Positions 37,999 to 47,609 of a stretch of 54,755 nucleotides of DNA are shown here, piece by piece. The DNA comes from a virus (lineage: Duplodnaviria; Caudoviricetes): positions 1 through 54,755 of the IMG/VR virus record IMGVR_UViG_3300004369_000851. One strand, written 5' to 3'. The notes beneath the pieces are model-generated. The model was not told where the DNA came from. It ran no database searches and saw only the letters and a program-made list of their open reading frames with translations. Every line of letters begins with the position of its first letter. Position 1 is the first letter of the stretch. The position numbers and the translations under genes are program-made.

Positions 37999-40900
37999 TT
38001 GTGGACGGAATTAATGGAAAGTAAATCACTCATTACAGACACCTATCCAATGATTGGATTGGATGAAAAAAACATCACTGGTAAATCACGCCGACTTCGT
38101 CCGACTGATCCAAATGTATTTAGTAACCCCGATTCAGCCAGGGTGAGGGCTAGGCAAATTAATTGCATTGGAATCCGAAAATACAATTCCACATCTGGCG
38201 GTTATGTTTGGATGCCGTGCACTAACGAATCCGACTACAGAAGACAAATGGGGACAAGCCATTCGGGTCGACTTCAAAGACGCCGAGAGATTCAAGATGA
38301 AATTCGAAGGTTCGTTCGGGGTAAAGGCCACGATGATGTAGATCAAAAATCTGGTGCATACACAAAACCAGAAATGCGCGAGAAAATTAAAAATCGCATT
38401 ATGGCTGGCAGTAAGGGCGGGAAGCCAGGGCAATGGTCTGCACGAAAAGCTCAATTGTTGGCTCAGGAATATCGTAAATCAGGTGGCGGATACAAGGGTG
38501 GCAGAACAAGAACACAAAGAAGTCTTTCACGGTGGTCAAAAGAAAAATGGACTACATCTAGTGGTAAGCCAGCCAATCAAAGCGGTGGGATGCGACGATA
38601 CCTACCTCAAGCGGCTTGGGCAAAACTGACGCCAGGGCAAGTAAGGGCAGCTAATAGAAAAAAAATTCAAGGTTCAAAGCTTGGTTCACAATATGTGAGA
38701 AACACCGAAGCCGCTATGGATGCGGCGCGGAGTTCTCAAAAACAAATTCTTGAATTAATGATTTCAGAAAAAGCCCTTGGACGAGGCGTTGGCTCATATG
38801 CTGCTTCCCGAGCAATAGATAGACCACGAATCGGAAGAAAAAAGCGTGGCCGTGGAATTATTGCTACTGGCGGTATGCCAGGAAAAGCGAAACCTACGGG
38901 AAGCCGAATTTCTAGGGACGATGATGGTTGGGCCGACGAAGGCACAACGAATCCTGTTTGGGTTGGTCTACCAAGCGACAATCCACAAATGATGCCAGCC
39001 GTTCCGGAAGAACAACCCGTTCCAGAAAAAGTTCCAGAGCCCGTTCCAGAAAGAATTCCACAACCAGTAAGACCACCAATACCACAACCATCACGACCAA
39101 GAACGCCATCAGTACCAGTACCCACAAGAGTGCGCGAAAGCGCTGCTGAAAGAATGCGGCAGATTGATAGTCCTAATGTGGTAGATCCAGTAGTCGGCGC
39201 ATTCAGGTTTAGATATAAAGAAAATTACCGACTTATAAAGCAGTCAACGGATAACGGTGCCAAAGTGCTTCAGGGTGCCGGAAAAGGGAGTCATCTTAGA
39301 CTTAGAAGAAGAGTTCCCGATGGGACTGATGGCGTGATGAAAAATATATATACGACCGTTAATGGAACGGTTGCATATGACGCTCTTCGATTTCAGTTGA
39401 TAGAACAAGGTTTTATTACGGCAGAGCAAGTACCATACAAAGCCGAGAAAAAAATAAATACCCTTAGCGCTATTGATAAAAATATAATTAAAAAAGTATT
39501 AGACGACATGATAGAAGCAAAAAATATTAAATTGTCGTCGGACGGATATATAACTGAATTCCCTGGAGTTAGAGCAATTGCGTTAAGGGTGAGAGAGCAA
39601 CTTCAAAGATCAATCTCCACAGAAGACATTGCAAATTTTTTGCGCAATGAAAAACAAAACCCTGTTTTGGCTCAAGCCATAAATAGAACGGATAGGAAAA
39701 TCCAAGAAATAGGACAGAAAGAAGCGGTCTGGAGTGAGTGGCGCGAGTTAATTTTTGAAAGACTTAGAAGTGTTGGTATGGCTGAAACGCGCCAACCAAT
39801 ACCCAACCCAGAAACCCTTGACTGGCTTAACGGACAAGACCAAACAGATATACATACGTTCTGGAATGCGTGGATCAAACCTGAAATTTTAGCCAATGAA
39901 AAATTGTACTCAGAAGAAATACTTGATTTTGTTAAATCGCATAAAGGCAACAAAGCACCAAAAAAGATTTTATCAAAGGATTATTTGGGTGTTAACCCTA
40001 TTGACTCCCTGTCAAGCAATGATCGGGAAATCTTTTATGGATGGAATCGTTCTCTGGATCTTGACAGAGATCCATTTTCGGGAATCAGTTCAGAGGTATT
40101 GGATAGTATTTATCTGGATCTAAATCAATTACAAGCACAATCACCACAGAGGGGTGTCTATTCGGATACAAATATTAACGCCGAGGTTCTTCAATTACAC
40201 AGGGAGCTATACAATGCCGAGTTGAGTCCTCAGTTTTTTGAAGCAATAACCACCCCAGATCGCAAAGTAAGCGCACAGTTTTATGAATTTGCGGTTTGGC
40301 GACAAAAAGAAATTGACGCTGGAAGATACGTAGACGACATAGACGATATGGGCGACGTAGTAGGTCCAGTGATTGGCTCAATGGGGTCGGGCCGTGGTGA
40401 TGGCAGTAGGCGACGTATCAGAAGAAGCGATTCAGGTGGTGCAGTCGGCGCAATGGCCGCAACACCAGATGACAGGCGCAGAGATTTTGCAATCAAAAAA
40501 CGCAGATGGCAATCAGGAATCATTAGCCAAGCAGTGCTTGATAATCAAAGCCGATTAGAGCGGGTCAAGAATGACCCAACCAACACTGAAACAGCGTTGT
40601 TTCCAGAATTTATGAATAGATTCCAATACGCGGAACTTCAATCAATAACAGGACTTGGGGCTGGACAGGCTTGGGCCCACAGAGTCATTGACGAGTTATT
40701 TGGGGAAATGGTCAAGGAGTGGGGACCGAACGAAACTCTTGCGTACGGAGAACTCAAGCCATTCAATTTGTGGGATTCCCCAATGTCGGCCCTCGACATT
40801 GAAAATTTGGAAGAAAACAAAAGAACAATTGCCAAAGAATTTATAGAAGAAGCGATCAAACTTGACCCCAATAGTCCTTTTGCCCAATACGACATCAATC

Positions 40901-43900
40901 AAATGGAAGACAAAGATGTTGATATGTTGTGGAAAGTTTTCATAGTTCCAGAACTATTAAAGACGGATGGTATGGCGTCAAAAGAACCATTGCCATTTGT
41001 TTTGGATCTTAACACCGCCGAAAGTTTAAGAAACTATGCCGAGTACAGAACAATGAAAAGACTTGGTTTGGAAAATGGTGTTTCCGATAAGGAGTTTCAG
41101 GATGCCATTGATGAACTATTTATTGAGGCTCCGGCCTATGAATTTAGAAAGTTCATAGAAGAACTCAATGAGTCATACGACAAGTTTAAATCAACTGGAT
41201 TATTGCCAGGTGATTTTTTGCATACCGAATTAATAGATCCAAGCACAGACAGGTTTTATACAAAAGAAAAATGGCGGGAACTATTCACCGAGGCCTCCAA
41301 CAAATATGTGGAAGTGAATAATGATTACTTTCCGAATGTTGAACGTAATAAAGCTGGGGATGCCTATATGGGTTGGTTCAACATAGGGCTTCACTTGGGC
41401 TACATCACCCCGGAAGACATAGAGAATGGCAAAGAACAAGCAGATGATTTAGAAGAGATAGATCCGCTTCCAGATCTTGATCCAAAAGATCTCCATTTCG
41501 ATCCCAGCGACTCAACAAAAATTAGAAATATGCCTGGGTTTGGCTGGATTTACAGGACATTTGGCACCAACGCAAAAAACTGGGCATATTCGCTTGCTGA
41601 AATATATCATCCATACGACATACAGCAAGAGCGATATACGCCAGGGCTCAAAGAAGAAATTGCTCAATTTGATAAATATGACTGGGATAATTTGTATGAG
41701 TTAATTAAGAGAGAAGAAGCTGGCGAAACGGAACAAGATGAAGATCTGCCTTTTTCTGGGAAAACAAGTAGATATGAGAAATTGAGAGAACAGAAAGGTA
41801 AAGCAGCAAAGGCTCAACAAAAATTACTTGATGGCAAAAATGCAACTTCTAAAGCGCTAGTAGATTCCATTTGGGATTTATTTACCACCGACGGATTAAC
41901 AGACGAAGAGATCGCCGCGAAAATGCAATATGAACCACTAGTTGTTTCAAGTGTACTCAAAAGAGAATCAAAAGCACGAGGTCTGGCGAGAGGCGCATTT
42001 GATAGTCAACAAAAAATAAATACGCAAGGAATGAAAAATAGAGAAGATGCTTTTCAGGCGGATTTAGTTGCTGCGGAATTGGCTCGACTTAAAAAACTAG
42101 GCACAAATGCAGACGGTTATTTGGATGACCTACGTAACTCGCTTGAGAATTACAAAAACATAAACAAACAAGCCAACTCATCTTATAGTCGAGAACGCGC
42201 ACGGTTTGCTTCTTTGGCAACACTTGGTCGCAAGCTTGTTGAGGGTGCACCCGATGGACGCAAAGAATGGGATCCCAAGAAAGAATCGGCAGCCTCTTTT
42301 AAGAATAGATGGTTGAAATATATTTCTCAAAACCAACCAGCGCTTGCCTTGATTTCTGCTCAAATTACCGCACAGGGCTGGGATGAAGGCGGTAGAAGAA
42401 GTGCATCAAAACGAATTTTAGATCGATCTAGAAGAATGATAGATCAAATAACAGAAGAAATTGAAAAAATAGAGAATTTGAAAAAAATGTCAGATGTTGA
42501 AAGGATACGCGCACGACATCAAATTGTTTCGCTTTCAGCGGCTAGAGAAGCTGCCAAAAAAGCCGTGCAGGGTCTATATCCCAAGTTGACCGAGGATGAA
42601 ATTCAAACACTGCTTAATGATGGCGGAGTAACCGGAAAAATGGCGGCTGGTCTGCGTGGCGCAATGGCCGGCAGAAAGGCAAAAAAATTAACAGAATACT
42701 CAGAACGCAATCGCTGGGATAAACGTGGCGCACTAAGAAGAGCGGCTGATCGTTTTTCTGGAGCCAAAGCACGGCCAAGCGTAATGAGGGTCGTGGACTT
42801 GCTTGACAACCCAGACAATGTTCTTTCGGTGGGAAATCAAAGACCTGCAAGAAGCCGCAGAAATATAGGAACTGCCGCAATTGATTCAACCCCACGAATG
42901 GACAAAATGAGGGTTACTAAACTGCTTGGCAGAATTAACAATCAAGATTTTGGTCAAAAACGATCCAGCGCAGAGCGTGCACAGATAAAAGAATTAAGGC
43001 GCAATGCTAGAAAATTAAAAGTAAATATTGATAGATATTTTACCGCTGAAGACGACGACGAAGATGTTAAATGGTCGTCCAATGATTGGTCGTATGCTAA
43101 AAAATCACCGATTCGTGGTGCCGATATGGTTATTTATCGCAAGAACCCAAACATCAAAAACCCCGAACAAGCAATTGAGGTTTTGGTTATATCTCGCAGG
43201 AGCGGGCCGTTTACTGGAGCAAGAGCCCTACCTGGAGGTTTGAATGATGAGGGCGAAACGCTGATTGAGACAGCCACTCGAGAAATGAATGAGGAAGTTG
43301 GAATTTCCGCCGATGGAAGAAAAGTAGTCAACCTTGGGATTGTTCAATCCAGAGACTGGGATCCGCGTTTTGTTGAAGGAGTAACCGTTCAAGGTATTTC
43401 AATTGAGGTTCCATACGAGCAAGTTGCTGTTGCTGGAAGCGACGCAATGAAAGCCGATTGGGTGACCCTAGGGGAATTAATCAACGGCGACAGTCATATT
43501 GCTTTCGGGCACGCATCGTTTATGAGAGAGGCTTTTCAATCACAAGCACCAGTAACTTCTGAAAAATTGGCTATTCACGAAAAAGCAGCACGGATCAGAA
43601 ACAGGCGTCTGATTGAAAAAATTAACGCAAAGAGGTCACAGGCTGGACAAAAATTATTCCCAGTCGTATCTGATGAGGATGTCAGAAATTCATTTGACGT
43701 TATTCGCCCTACGGATCCACGGTATATGGTTGCAAATGACCCCGAGTCTGGCGTCCGTGGCGCAATGGCTGGAAGATCATCGGAACGATACGACATCAGG
43801 GTAAACGATGATAAAACTTTCAGCATAATTGATACGCAAAACAACAATTTAATAATAGCTGGACCATTCCCAACCCGAAATCAAGCCCTCTACGCAGCTA

Positions 43901-45117
43901 TCAAAAAAGACAGAGATCCAAGTTTTGATCCGCAAAGATGGGTAAGAAAACCTAAATCTACAAAATCAAAAAGAAAAAAGAAAGCAAAAAAAACACGAAC
44001 AAAAATAAACGCAACACAAGCTCCTGTTGAAATCAACGAGCAACTAAGTTTTGATGACATTTGGCGTCTTGAAAAAGTAGACAAACAAACTCAGGGTGGA
44101 GTGACTGGGAAAATGAGTGCCCCGGAAATGCTTGCAAAAATTAATATGCAGGCGCCAGACGGCAGCAATGTGGACCCAGATGCAGACACCTTGAGCTCCC
44201 ATTCGTGGGATAATAAAGCCAAGGGTCCTATGTCTGGGGCCGATATCCCTGTAACACCTGCTCGACACTCCGAACTTTGGGTGCCCTATACAAGCGCCGT
44301 ACAAAGTATAGTTCCAGATTCCGCAGCAACCGCCGCACCAATATTTTTCATAATCGGAGGGCATCCTGGTTCTCTTAAATCATCGGTTAGGGAAATTGGA
44401 GAAGCGGGTATACCTGACAGAACAAAAGCAATAACAATTGACCCCGATGAAATAAAACTTGTTATGCCAGAATGGACCCCTATGGGCAACATGGCGGGGT
44501 CGTTGACCCATGCGGAGAGTGTTCAATTGTCCGCATACACACTCTCTGAAACGGTTGCCGAACAGGTCGCAAAACTGAAGTTTTCAAAACAAGGGAAAGA
44601 TATTGTTCACGACTCAATTGGGCGTTTAGAGAGACCTGAATTACTCAGTCCAGCTCGCGCCGCGAAAGACGGTGGCTACAACGTTGTGGTTTATTATTTC
44701 ATAACCGACAAAACAGAAGCAGAGAAACGAATATCTTACAGAGCGAAAATGACTGGTCGGCGTGTTCAGGCTGGAGCCTGGGACAGCGCCCATTCTTCGC
44801 TAAGAAATACATTTAGGGGTCTCACGCAAACAGTCAACCAAAGCCCAAATAGGGGCGATGTATCAGGGTTGGCCGACGTTATATATGTTTACGACACGAG
44901 CAACGCTGATGACATTAAGAGGATTGCCGTATGGAGCTCTAGGACCCTAGATGAGCTTGAGTTTATGTTCGGCAAGGCTTATAGACAGGAACTTGAAACG
45001 CAATACACTGCTGCAGCCAATCAAGGACGCCGTACAGCGGGTAGCGCTGGTCAAACATGGCGATTAAACAATGCCAATTTCAGACTGACTCCTGCCTCTT
45101 ACAACATTGTCCCTTAG
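37999..45117 (+). CDS. Giant polyvalent protein C: DUF3721-like, DUF5872-like, HicA-like, HTH, Nudix hydrolase, Zeta-toxin kinase
   Basis: ARVRARQINCIG...WMPC; YTKPEMREKIK...PGQWSARKAQ; GKGSH; Nudix box GLNDEGETLIETATREMNEEVG; GGHPGSLKS...IDPDEIK...THAES...RAKMTGRRV. Start may be ATG 38014. Confidence 0.8.
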   Translation: MWTELMESKSLITDTYPMIGLDEKNITGKSRRLRPTDPNVFSNPDSARVRARQINCIGIRKYNSTSGGYVWMPCTNESDYRRQMGTSHSGRLQRRREIQDEIRRFVRGKGHDDVDQKSGAYTKPEMREKIKNRIMAGSKGGKPGQWSARKAQLLAQEYRKSGGGYKGGRTRTQRSLSRWSKEKWTTSSGKPANQSGGMRRYLPQAAWAKLTPGQVRAANRKKIQGSKLGSQYVRNTEAAMDAARSSQKQILELMISEKALGRGVGSYAASRAIDRPRIGRKKRGRGIIATGGMPGKAKPTGSRISRDDDGWADEGTTNPVWVGLPSDNPQMMPAVPEEQPVPEKVPEPVPERIPQPVRPPIPQPSRPRTPSVPVPTRVRESAAERMRQIDSPNVVDPVVGAFRFRYKENYRLIKQSTDNGAKVLQGAGKGSHLRLRRRVPDGTDGVMKNIYTTVNGTVAYDALRFQLIEQGFITAEQVPYKAEKKINTLSAIDKNIIKKVLDDMIEAKNIKLSSDGYITEFPGVRAIALRVREQLQRSISTEDIANFLRNEKQNPVLAQAINRTDRKIQEIGQKEAVWSEWRELIFERLRSVGMAETRQPIPNPETLDWLNGQDQTDIHTFWNAWIKPEILANEKLYSEEILDFVKSHKGNKAPKKILSKDYLGVNPIDSLSSNDREIFYGWNRSLDLDRDPFSGISSEVLDSIYLDLNQLQAQSPQRGVYSDTNINAEVLQLHRELYNAELSPQFFEAITTPDRKVSAQFYEFAVWRQKEIDAGRYVDDIDDMGDVVGPVIGSMGSGRGDGSRRRIRRSDSGGAVGAMAATPDDRRRDFAIKKRRWQSGIISQAVLDNQSRLERVKNDPTNTETALFPEFMNRFQYAELQSITGLGAGQAWAHRVIDELFGEMVKEWGPNETLAYGELKPFNLWDSPMSALDIENLEENKRTIAKEFIEEAIKLDPNSPFAQYDINQMEDKDVDMLWKVFIVPELLKTDGMASKEPLPFVLDLNTAESLRNYAEYRTMKRLGLENGVSDKEFQDAIDELFIEAPAYEFRKFIEELNESYDKFKSTGLLPGDFLHTELIDPSTDRFYTKEKWRELFTEASNKYVEVNNDYFPNVERNKAGDAYMGWFNIGLHLGYITPEDIENGKEQADDLEEIDPLPDLDPKDLHFDPSDSTKIRNMPGFGWIYRTFGTNAKNWAYSLAEIYHPYDIQQERYTPGLKEEIAQFDKYDWDNLYELIKREEAGETEQDEDLPFSGKTSRYEKLREQKGKAAKAQQKLLDGKNATSKALVDSIWDLFTTDGLTDEEIAAKMQYEPLVVSSVLKRESKARGLARGAFDSQQKINTQGMKNREDAFQADLVAAELARLKKLGTNADGYLDDLRNSLENYKNINKQANSSYSRERARFASLATLGRKLVEGAPDGRKEWDPKKESAASFKNRWLKYISQNQPALALISAQITAQGWDEGGRRSASKRILDRSRRMIDQITEEIEKIENLKKMSDVERIRARHQIVSLSAAREAAKKAVQGLYPKLTEDEIQTLLNDGGVTGKMAAGLRGAMAGRKAKKLTEYSERNRWDKRGALRRAADRFSGAKARPSVMRVVDLLDNPDNVLSVGNQRPARSRRNIGTAAIDSTPRMDKMRVTKLLGRINNQDFGQKRSSAERAQIKELRRNARKLKVNIDRYFTAEDDDEDVKWSSNDWSYAKKSPIRGADMVIYRKNPNIKNPEQAIEVLVISRRSGPFTGARALPGGLNDEGETLIETATREMNEEVGISADGRKVVNLGIVQSRDWDPRFVEGVTVQGISIEVPYEQVAVAGSDAMKADWVTLGELINGDSHIAFGHASFMREAFQSQAPVTSEKLAIHEKAARIRNRRLIEKINAKRSQAGQKLFPVVSDEDVRNSFDVIRPTDPRYMVANDPESGVRGAMAGRSSERYDIRVNDDKTFSIIDTQNNNLIIAGPFPTRNQALYAAIKKDRDPSFDPQRWVRKPKSTKSKRKKKAKKTRTKINATQAPVEINEQLSFDDIWRLEKVDKQTQGGVTGKMSAPEMLAKINMQAPDGSNVDPDADTLSSHSWDNKAKGPMSGADIPVTPARHSELWVPYTSAVQSIVPDSAATAAPIFFIIGGHPGSLKSSVREIGEAGIPDRTKAITIDPDEIKLVMPEWTPMGNMAGSLTHAESVQLSAYTLSETVAEQVAKLKFSKQGKDIVHDSIGRLERPELLSPARAAKDGGYNVVVYYFITDKTEAEKRISYRAKMTGRRVQAGAWDSAHSSLRNTFRGLTQTVNQSPNRGDVSGLADVIYVYDTSNADDIKRIAVWSSRTLDELEFMFGKAYRQELETQYTAAANQGRRTAGSAGQTWRLNNANFRLTPASYNIVP

Positions 45118-45378
45118 GGCAATTTGATGAAAATAAAACCCTAAAACCCTTTGTTTTATTGAGTTTTTGCTTGTTGTTTCGTATGTTTTGATCTGTTAAA
45201 CTTGTCTAGTAATCATATAGGGCTCATCTCCTGAAGTTGTTGCCCACATCAGTTCCTTAACCACACAATCGAACACAACAGGAGTCCTAATGCAATCTTG
45301 CGAAACTGGTTACGCTTTACCCCAAAGAAACTGCGATGTTTTTTTGCTGTCCCATCCGCCTTCTAGAGCGAGCAAAAA

Positions 45379-45978
45379 TTGTTAGTTGCCGTAAGGGTAG
45401 TACTGGGGTCAATCACCCCGCTAATGCTCTTTATTGCTGGCGTGTTTACCTTAGATAATCCCGAATTGGCGTCCCCCAAGCCCCCCGCATTGGTATCTTT
45501 TGAGCCAACCACAACTACGGTCAATAAGCAGTTATCTGTAAGGTCTTTTGAGGTAAAAAAGTCTCCCACAATCGTGTTTGCGCACGGCGACATTTTATGG
45601 CTCCCTGCCCTTGCGGCTGAGGCTGGATGGCCAAAGCATACATGGAGAAAACTCGGACAAATCATTCTTCGAGAGTCTGGTGGCTGTCCGAACCGCCGTG
45701 GTGGAGACAAGGTTGACAAAGACTGCAACATCACAGGCGTGTCCGAATGGAATCACCGATCCGACACAGGATTACTCCAGATTAATGGCATCAACTATGA
45801 CCTATCAAGAAACAAGTGGGCTGCGGTCTGCCGAGAGATGAACATCTGTACTCAGGCACCACTACTTGACGCGCTCACCAACTTGAAGGCAGGTCTGGTC
45901 CTGTACAACCTGGCAGGCTTCGAACCGTGGAATCCGTGTAATTGGGATAAAACAAAATGCCCTAAGAAAAAGCCGTGA
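45379..45978 (+). CDS. Lytic transglycosylase / lysozyme-like protein with N-terminal hydrophobic segment
   Basis: RESGG catalytic Glu, DTGLLQIN, NLKAG..LY...GFEPW. Confidence 0.82.
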   Translation: MLVAVRVVLGSITPLMLFIAGVFTLDNPELASPKPPALVSFEPTTTTVNKQLSVRSFEVKKSPTIVFAHGDILWLPALAAEAGWPKHTWRKLGQIILRESGGCPNRRGGDKVDKDCNITGVSEWNHRSDTGLLQINGINYDLSRNKWAAVCREMNICTQAPLLDALTNLKAGLVLYNLAGFEPWNPCNWDKTKCPKKKP

Positions 45979-46030
45979 CATTGTTTTGTTAAGATATATA
46001 TAATTATATTATCTACTTAACCTGAGAGCT

Positions 46031-46063
46031 GTTCCGCCGGAAACCAAAAAGTTTTGTTACTCT
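46031..46063 (+). promoter_or_regulatory. Putative promoter GTTCCGCC-N19-TACTCT
   Basis: Shared motif upstream of the major capsid gene. Confidence 0.65.
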
Positions 46064-46150
46064 GATATGTAGACATTATTTACTAGGTGCTCACCTGAGT
46101 CTTCTTGTCAGTAAAAATATCAACTAAACAAGATCCTGGAGGATCATAAA

Positions 46151-47485
46151 ATGTCAGAAGATCAATCAAGAGTTCGCGAGCTTCAAACAGCATTGCGAAC
46201 AAAAATGGCGGACAACAAGTCAATCGCCGATTCATTTAAAATCGAAGATGGCACAGTTGTTGTGTCAACAGAACAAAAATCAGCATTCGACAAGAACATG
46301 TCGGACATCCGCGAAATCAAGGGCCTCATTGAGGGTCTTGAATCAATGGAGAGTGTCTCGGCTTGGGCTTCAGAGCCACAGAGCGATTCAGTTGCAGCAC
46401 AAGAGGCAGCAACCCCAGTCGCTCAAAGCTACGGAGTAAAGAGCATCGGTCAAGCGTTCCTTGACTCACCAGAGTTCAAAGCTTTGGGTGGCGGTCGTAA
46501 TGGTGTGAACATGAATTCACCATTCAACTACAACGTCAAAGATGTGTTTGCAGCAATGCCAACATTCACTGGCACGCCGCTCTCGAGCGTTGATCAATTT
46601 GGAACATTCCAAAAAGATCCAATGATTAGCCCACCAACACGCACAAAGCGTATTCGTGATCTTTTCCCAGCACGCTCGACGACAGCTGCCGTGATTGAGT
46701 ACTTCCGTCAAGTCGGTTACACATCGCCATCGGGTCAGACTCCGCCAACAAACGCTGCTGGTATGGTCGCTCAGCGCTCAAGCGATGGGACGGCATTTGC
46801 GGCAAAGCCACAGTCGGGATTGAAGTTCATTGGCCAACAGGCTCCTGTTCGCACAATGGCTCACTGGGAAGCTGCACACAGAAACGTTCTTGCTGACGAG
46901 CCACAACTACGCTCGATCATCGACAACGAACTTATGTACGGTCTTCGTCTCCTTGAGGATGCGCAGTTGTTGAACGGTGATGGAACTGGTGAGAACCTTC
47001 TTGGTGTTCTCCAGACTCCAGACATCCAGACTTACAGCTGGTCAGCTGGTGCATATACACCGGTACCAGACACCAAGGCCGATGCGATTCGTCGCGCCGC
47101 AACCTTGAGCTTCTTGGCTTACTACGAGCCAACAGGCGTTGTGTTGCACCCAACAGACTGGGAGCAGATGGAACTGTCAAAGGATCTCAACGGTCAGTAC
47201 TTGGTCGCTATTTCGGTAGCCCTCGGCGGAACACCACGCTTGTGGCGCATTCCTGTTGTGGAAACTCCAGCAATGGCGGCAGGCACAGCACTTGTTGGCG
47301 CCTTCGGTACAGCTGCACAGATCTACGACCGTGACGGCGCAAGCATCCGAGTCAGCGAACAGCATGCAGACTTCTTCGTCCGCAACGCAATCGTTGTTCT
47401 TGCTGAACAGCGCATGGCTATGGCGGTCAAGCGTCCAGAAGCATTCGTTAAAGTAACATTTAACGCAGCCCCAGCCGCACCATAA
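46151..47485 (+). CDS. Major capsid protein, HK97 fold
   Basis: N-terminal coiled-coil delta domain; IRDLFP, EDAQLLNGDG, LWRIPVVET, FVRNAIVVLAEQR...RPEAFV; GGAGG RBS. Confidence 0.96.
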   Translation: MSEDQSRVRELQTALRTKMADNKSIADSFKIEDGTVVVSTEQKSAFDKNMSDIREIKGLIEGLESMESVSAWASEPQSDSVAAQEAATPVAQSYGVKSIGQAFLDSPEFKALGGGRNGVNMNSPFNYNVKDVFAAMPTFTGTPLSSVDQFGTFQKDPMISPPTRTKRIRDLFPARSTTAAVIEYFRQVGYTSPSGQTPPTNAAGMVAQRSSDGTAFAAKPQSGLKFIGQQAPVRTMAHWEAAHRNVLADEPQLRSIIDNELMYGLRLLEDAQLLNGDGTGENLLGVLQTPDIQTYSWSAGAYTPVPDTKADAIRRAATLSFLAYYEPTGVVLHPTDWEQMELSKDLNGQYLVAISVALGGTPRLWRIPVVETPAMAAGTALVGAFGTAAQIYDRDGASIRVSEQHADFFVRNAIVVLAEQRMAMAVKRPEAFVKVTFNAAPAAP

Positions 47486-47517
47486 GCATAAGTAATTCAA
47501 TTCAGCGTTAAGTCAAC

Positions 47518-47562
47518 GCCCTCGTCTGAACCCGCAAGGGGGAGGGCGGGGGCTTTGTCTTT
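47518..47562 (+). terminator. Probable intrinsic terminator after the capsid gene
   Basis: GCCCTCGTCT pairs with GGGCGGGGGC around CCC-GCAA-GGG, followed by TTTGTCTTT. Confidence 0.7.
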
Positions 47563-47609
47563 ATCCCCATCACGATTTATATATAACACTGTTGATGTAA
47601 TCTATAAAT

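Noticed and set aside
20828-45117. Inteins or an alternative genetic code explaining the giant ORFs
   Set aside because: No intein splice or LAGLIDADG motifs recognised; the ORFs are open in the standard code and TAA, TAG and TGA all occur as gene ends.
45121-45378. c-di-AMP (ydaO) riboswitch upstream of the cell-wall hydrolase
   Set aside because: I could not find the conserved GCTGAA / GGGGTGAATC / GCTAAC elements.
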